Of a stretch of 64,000 nt of DNA, positions 60,674 to 64,000 are shown in pieces. The stretch lies in contig CAWIGG010000002.1 in assembly GCA_963835575.1 (NCBI GenBank), positions 1,981,548 through 2,045,547 of the forward strand, given 5' to 3'. The notes below the pieces were generated by a model. The model was not told where the DNA came from and ran no database searches. It saw nothing but the letters and a program-made list of their open reading frames with translations. This DNA is from an uncultured Spirochaetota bacterium. GTDB lineage: Bacteria > Spirochaetota > Brevinematia > Brevinematales > JAOACQ01. Made by a program: the position numbers and the translations under genes. Position 1 is the stretch's first letter. Each line of letters begins with the position of its first letter.

Positions 60674-62395
60674 GACCCTGTCGAAAAAGCCAAAAACGAG
60701 AATAAAAACTGTCTTCTGAAAGCCGGATAGAGTATCATTTTTCATTTCTCTATCCGGATTTTCCATTTTTCCAATTTCAAGCCGGTATTATGGCTATGAA
60801 CACCCCCTTAAATCTTACCAAATATCTGGATTTTACCAATATTATGCACTATACAGAACAAAAGCCACTGGATATTAACCTTACTCTTACCCCTGAGCGT
60901 AAAACGGTCCATACCTTTACAAGAACGGATGTTACCGAATACCGGCTCAATTATTCCCATCCTCCGGCTGTACAAATCCCTGATTTCCGGCAGATCAATT
61001 TTATTTACCATTTCTTTTGAATAGTTTTTATCCCCTCTTTTGTCCACCAGATATAATGTTCTTTGCCTTGTCTTATCGGGATGTTTTAAGCATTGTCCCC
61101 TTTTCCCGCATTTTGAACAATCCGCCTGCCTGGCCTGATATTTATGGCCGAAATTACTCAATTGCCTCTGGTATCCCTTATAGCTTAATATTTTTCCATT
61201 CGGGCATATATAAGTATTATCAGCTTCATTTTTTTCAAAATCGTGTTCCCGGTATTTCATCGGTTTCGGCTTGAACCTTCCCCGATCGGTAAACCGTTCA
61301 TCCCTCCCTCGAAATTGATTGTCCGGTATCACAGCTTCCATCTTCTTTTCTTCCGCCAGATATTTTAGATTTTCTTCGCTGAAATAATTCGTGTCCCCCA
61401 GTATTGTTTTTCCTTCCAGCGGATTTGTTTCTCCTTTTATCACGCTTAAATTTTCCTCCGTTATTTCAACCATCGGCTTCAATACTTCCCCTTCCTGGCC
61501 TAAACCAAAAGCTTCCGCCGCGGTAATCACCTGATGCTTTGAATCCACTACCGCAAGTCCATTATAACCTTGTATCACACCGTGGGAACTCTTGATTTTC
61601 GCGCTTTCGTTATCGGTAATATTCGATTGGTTTTCACGTCCCCGCTTGCCGTATTTGGGATTCTGGGATTTGAGAAAGGCATCGATTTTCTCCGCTTTCT
61701 TCCGTATTTTTTCCGATCTTTTTTGAAGCGCTTTAGACTTTTCATTTTCGCCGGAGCAGTCAGCTTGCGCGTGTTTTTCCAGTAGAAATGCCGCCAGCTT
61801 TTCAAACTTTTCCTGTTTCTTTTTCAGGTCTTTGAATGTACCGCTCCATTCTTTAGAAGCGTTTGAAGGCAATTTACAGCCGTCAACGGCGAACATGTCC
61901 CCGCCGATCAATCCCGCAGAAGAACAGACCATCAGCACAAACTGAAATACTATTTTAATCCGGTCTTTCATACCGGTAACAAAAGCGGCTATAGTGGAAT
62001 GGTCTGGAACGGTATTCCCGGACAGGGCTTTGAAGATGACATTCACCCGGCAAGCTTCCTCAATCCTGCGTGATGTAGTAATACCTTTCGAATAGGCAAA
62101 AAGGATTATTTTCAGAAGAATTGCCGGAGAAATCGCTTTCGAGCCTGTTTTATCATTTTTATAATTTATATCAAAACAGGAAAGGTCAGCCTTTTCCTCG
62201 ATTAGGAAATTGAGTGTGTGTTCATATGTTCCTTCGATCAGCTGATCTGAAAAATTGAGCGGTATCATTTCCATCTGCTCATAATTAACTGTCTTGTATC
62301 TTGCCATATAACCTTCCGCTATTGATTTATTTCATTCATTATTTTAAGCTATATCGATAATAATTTACATTAAATATCACTTTTTCGACAGACTC
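60674..62395 (-). mobile_element. IS1182-family element inserted in the R'' box of attC 9
   Basis: TIR GACCCTGTCGAAAAAG / CTTTTTCGACAGACTC (14/16); AAC duplicated at 60671-60673 and 62396-62398. Confidence 0.9.
60808..62307 (-). CDS. IS1182-family transposase (intact)
   Basis: LLKIILFAY, PDHSTIAAF, AVDGCK, NITDNES, QGYNG, RRMGIIEPVFGNI, RFTLRG. Confidence 0.93.
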   Translation of the reverse strand: MARYKTVNYEQMEMIPLNFSDQLIEGTYEHTLNFLIEEKADLSCFDINYKNDKTGSKAISPAILLKIILFAYSKGITTSRRIEEACRVNVIFKALSGNTVPDHSTIAAFVTGMKDRIKIVFQFVLMVCSSAGLIGGDMFAVDGCKLPSNASKEWSGTFKDLKKKQEKFEKLAAFLLEKHAQADCSGENEKSKALQKRSEKIRKKAEKIDAFLKSQNPKYGKRGRENQSNITDNESAKIKSSHGVIQGYNGLAVVDSKHQVITAAEAFGLGQEGEVLKPMVEITEENLSVIKGETNPLEGKTILGDTNYFSEENLKYLAEEKKMEAVIPDNQFRGRDERFTDRGRFKPKPMKYREHDFEKNEADNTYICPNGKILSYKGYQRQLSNFGHKYQARQADCSKCGKRGQCLKHPDKTRQRTLYLVDKRGDKNYSKEMVNKIDLPEIRDLYSRRMGIIEPVFGNIRSCKGMDRFTLRGKSKVNIQWLLFCIVHNIGKIQIFGKI

Positions 62396-62537
62396 AACAG
62401 CGGCTAAAACGCTGCGGTGCTCGGGTTCGCCTTGCCGGAAGTAGGACGGAGAAGCAAAACGCAAGGCTCACCAAACCCGTTCGCCTACAGCGGAGCTGTA
62501 CGGCTCACGGGCTTCGCATAGCCGCGAAACGTTGTAC
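62392..62537 (+). repeat. attC 9 (146 bp, class A); original R'' GTACAAC displaced to 60667-60673
   Basis: ACTCAAC-AGCG-GCTAAAAC ... GTTGTAC. Confidence 0.85.
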
Positions 62538-62603
62538 GAAAGCCAGGGCGGCGGCTTTATTTGAATGATATATATATGATCAAATTACTAAGGAGGTAAT
62601 AAA

Positions 62604-63530
62604 ATGAGATTAATTTCTTTAGTGATTTTCGCCGTGGTGCAGATTATTTTTATTCCCCTATTTATTATTGGTGGAATTCTATTATCCATCAACCAATTGC
62701 TTGTCAGTAAAAAGTTGGGAGTCTCCGGCACAGCCATTTCCGCAATCGGCGCAAGGTGGGTTTTAAATTTTTATGGAATGAGAAAAGATCCATCAGCTGA
62801 AAAACTATATCGCTCACTTCCGAATGGTTCTGAAATAGGCTTATGGATGCTTTATTTTCCTAGATATCTTCGGTACAAAATATATCCTAAATTAGAAGAG
62901 GAAGGTAAGGAAAGTATCATTAATGTTCCTGTTGCTAGAACATTTTATTTCGATAAACTTATCAATAAATCAAAGAATAAAGTCGAGCAATTTATTGTCA
63001 TGGGCGCAGGTTATGATACCAGATGCTACGGTGATCTCAAAAGTAATAGTTTAAGGTTTTTTGAACTGGATCAAGCAGCGACTCAGAAACTAAAAATAGA
63101 ATGCTTAAAAAGGGCTGGTATTGATGCATCTCATGTTACTTTTGTTGATGTGGATTTTGCTACAGAAAAGTGGTATGAGAAACTTGAAAAAGCGGGTTAT
63201 AATCCAAGTAAAAAATCTATTTTTTTATGGGAAGGAGTAACTATCTATCTTTCTGAAAATGACATTCGAAAGACAATAAAAGAAATACAAGGACATGCTG
63301 CATCAAACAGTATATTATTAGCCGATTTTTATTCAAAAAGGTTGACTGCACTACAAGGTGTAAAATCTACCAATGAAAATTTTGGATTTGGTTTGGATTT
63401 TTCAGTAAACCAAGAAAATGTTTTAAAAACATTCATAGAGAGTGAAAATGTAAGTTTGGGTGATTTCTATTTTATTGGACACAAAACAAAAAAAGGTGCC
63501 TTTGGGGTCGTAGCTGAAATTATTTTATAG
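62604..63530 (+). CDS. SAM-dependent methyltransferase, leucine carboxyl methyltransferase-like (cassette 10)
   Basis: ARTFYFD, MGAGYDTR, FFELDQ, FLWEGVTIYL. Confidence 0.88.
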   Translation: MRLISLVIFAVVQIIFIPLFIIGGILLSINQLLVSKKLGVSGTAISAIGARWVLNFYGMRKDPSAEKLYRSLPNGSEIGLWMLYFPRYLRYKIYPKLEEEGKESIINVPVARTFYFDKLINKSKNKVEQFIVMGAGYDTRCYGDLKSNSLRFFELDQAATQKLKIECLKRAGIDASHVTFVDVDFATEKWYEKLEKAGYNPSKKSIFLWEGVTIYLSENDIRKTIKEIQGHAASNSILLADFYSKRLTALQGVKSTNENFGFGLDFSVNQENVLKTFIESENVSLGDFYFIGHKTKKGAFGVVAEIIL

Positions 63531-63556
63531 ATTTTATTCGATACGCCCTGGCCTTC

Positions 63557-63826
63557 GTACAACGAGACTGTAGAAAAAGTGATATTTTGAGAAAATACCA
63601 AAATATAACTTATTGCAAAATATAGAATTATAATTTCACAAATTTGTGAAAAAGGACTTTTTCTACAGATTCAACAGCGCGTAGACGCTACGCTCCGTGC
63701 TCGCAAGCTGCGCGCGGTCCTCGGCCCTTCGGGCAAATTTGCCTTTGGCACACGTTTTTGCTGCGGCAAAAAGATGTGCCAATCGCTGGCGCGACCGGCA
63801 AACTTCGTCTACGCGCACCGTTGTAT
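63557..63826 (+). repeat. attC 10 (158 bp without the MITE, class B)
   Basis: R'' GTACAAC, MITE, AAC-AGCGCGTAGAC ... GTCTACGCGC-ACC-GTTGTAT. Confidence 0.85.
63564..63672. mobile_element. 109-bp MITE inserted in the R'' box of attC 10
   Basis: TIR GAGACTGTAGAAAAAG / CTTTTTCTACAGATTC; AAC duplicated; 22/24 identity to one end of the IS at 60674-62395. Confidence 0.85.
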
Positions 63827-63846
63827 GAGATTTTGGAGGCAGGACA

Positions 63847-64000
63847 TTGTTACTAATAAGTGAATTTACAAAAATTCAAAATATACATGACTTAATATCG
63901 AAATTGTGTACTTCAAATATTGAAATTGGGATGATTGAATTTAATAATAAAGATGAAATCAATCCATTACCAGATTATTTCTTAAAAGTTGGTAATTTTG
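63847..64000 (+). CDS. Partial hypothetical ORF of cassette 11 (cut by the window end)
   Basis: RBS GGAGG, TTG start, open to the end (MLLISEFTKIQNIHDLISKL...). Confidence 0.55.
   Translation, partial: MLLISEFTKIQNIHDLISKLCTSNIEIGMIEFNNKDEINPLPDYFLKVGNF

Larger units (their letters stand above)
46806..64000 (+). mobile_element. Integron-like gene cassette array (at least 11 cassettes, no intI in the window, runs off the window end)
   Basis: 10 attC-like sites delimiting co-oriented AT-rich units. Confidence 0.9.

Noticed and set aside
47194..63826. CRISPR array
   Set aside because: Repeats are 146-223 bp with attC architecture and gene-sized spacers; no cas genes
1..64000. tRNA, rRNA or group II intron
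   Set aside because: No cloverleaf, rRNA signature or reverse-transcriptase ORF recognised by eye

Overview
Bacterial chromosomal window; the gene repertoire (HDOD proteins, flagellin-like gene, SH3 and FecR lipoproteins, REP style) suggests a spirochaete, but that is inference only. Positions 1-44 kb hold housekeeping and accessory genes: archease, topA, class II aldolase, EAL/HDOD, two glycoside hydrolases, hpt with an NCS2 permease, a MarR-EmrAB-TolC efflux operon, a PIN toxin-antitoxin pair, SDRs, a PAS histidine kinase with its regulator, an MFS transporter, CoADR-rhodanese and a polyprenyl synthase. Many REP/MITE-like hairpins and IS1182-family elements lie between these genes. From about 46.8 kb to the window end there is an integron-like cassette array: a putative attI, 10 unusually long attC sites (about 146-223 bp, two sequence classes) and at least 11 cassettes, with no intI visible in the window. 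Highlights: (1) an IS1182-family element and a 109-bp MITE with related ends are both inserted exactly at the R'' AAC of an attC and rebuild an RYYYAAC box; (2) each intact cassette carries a private ~20-25-bp terminal inverted repeat with a conserved mismatch at position 11; (3) four ORF-less cassettes (one type in three copies) contain long-range stems; (4) a four-gene cassette has an internal promoter and a riboswitch-like leader; (5) IS21 sits in IS256, which sits in an ankyrin gene; (6) outside the array, a flagellin homologue appears to carry a Sec signal peptide. All coordinates and alignments were read by eye and no database search was run.
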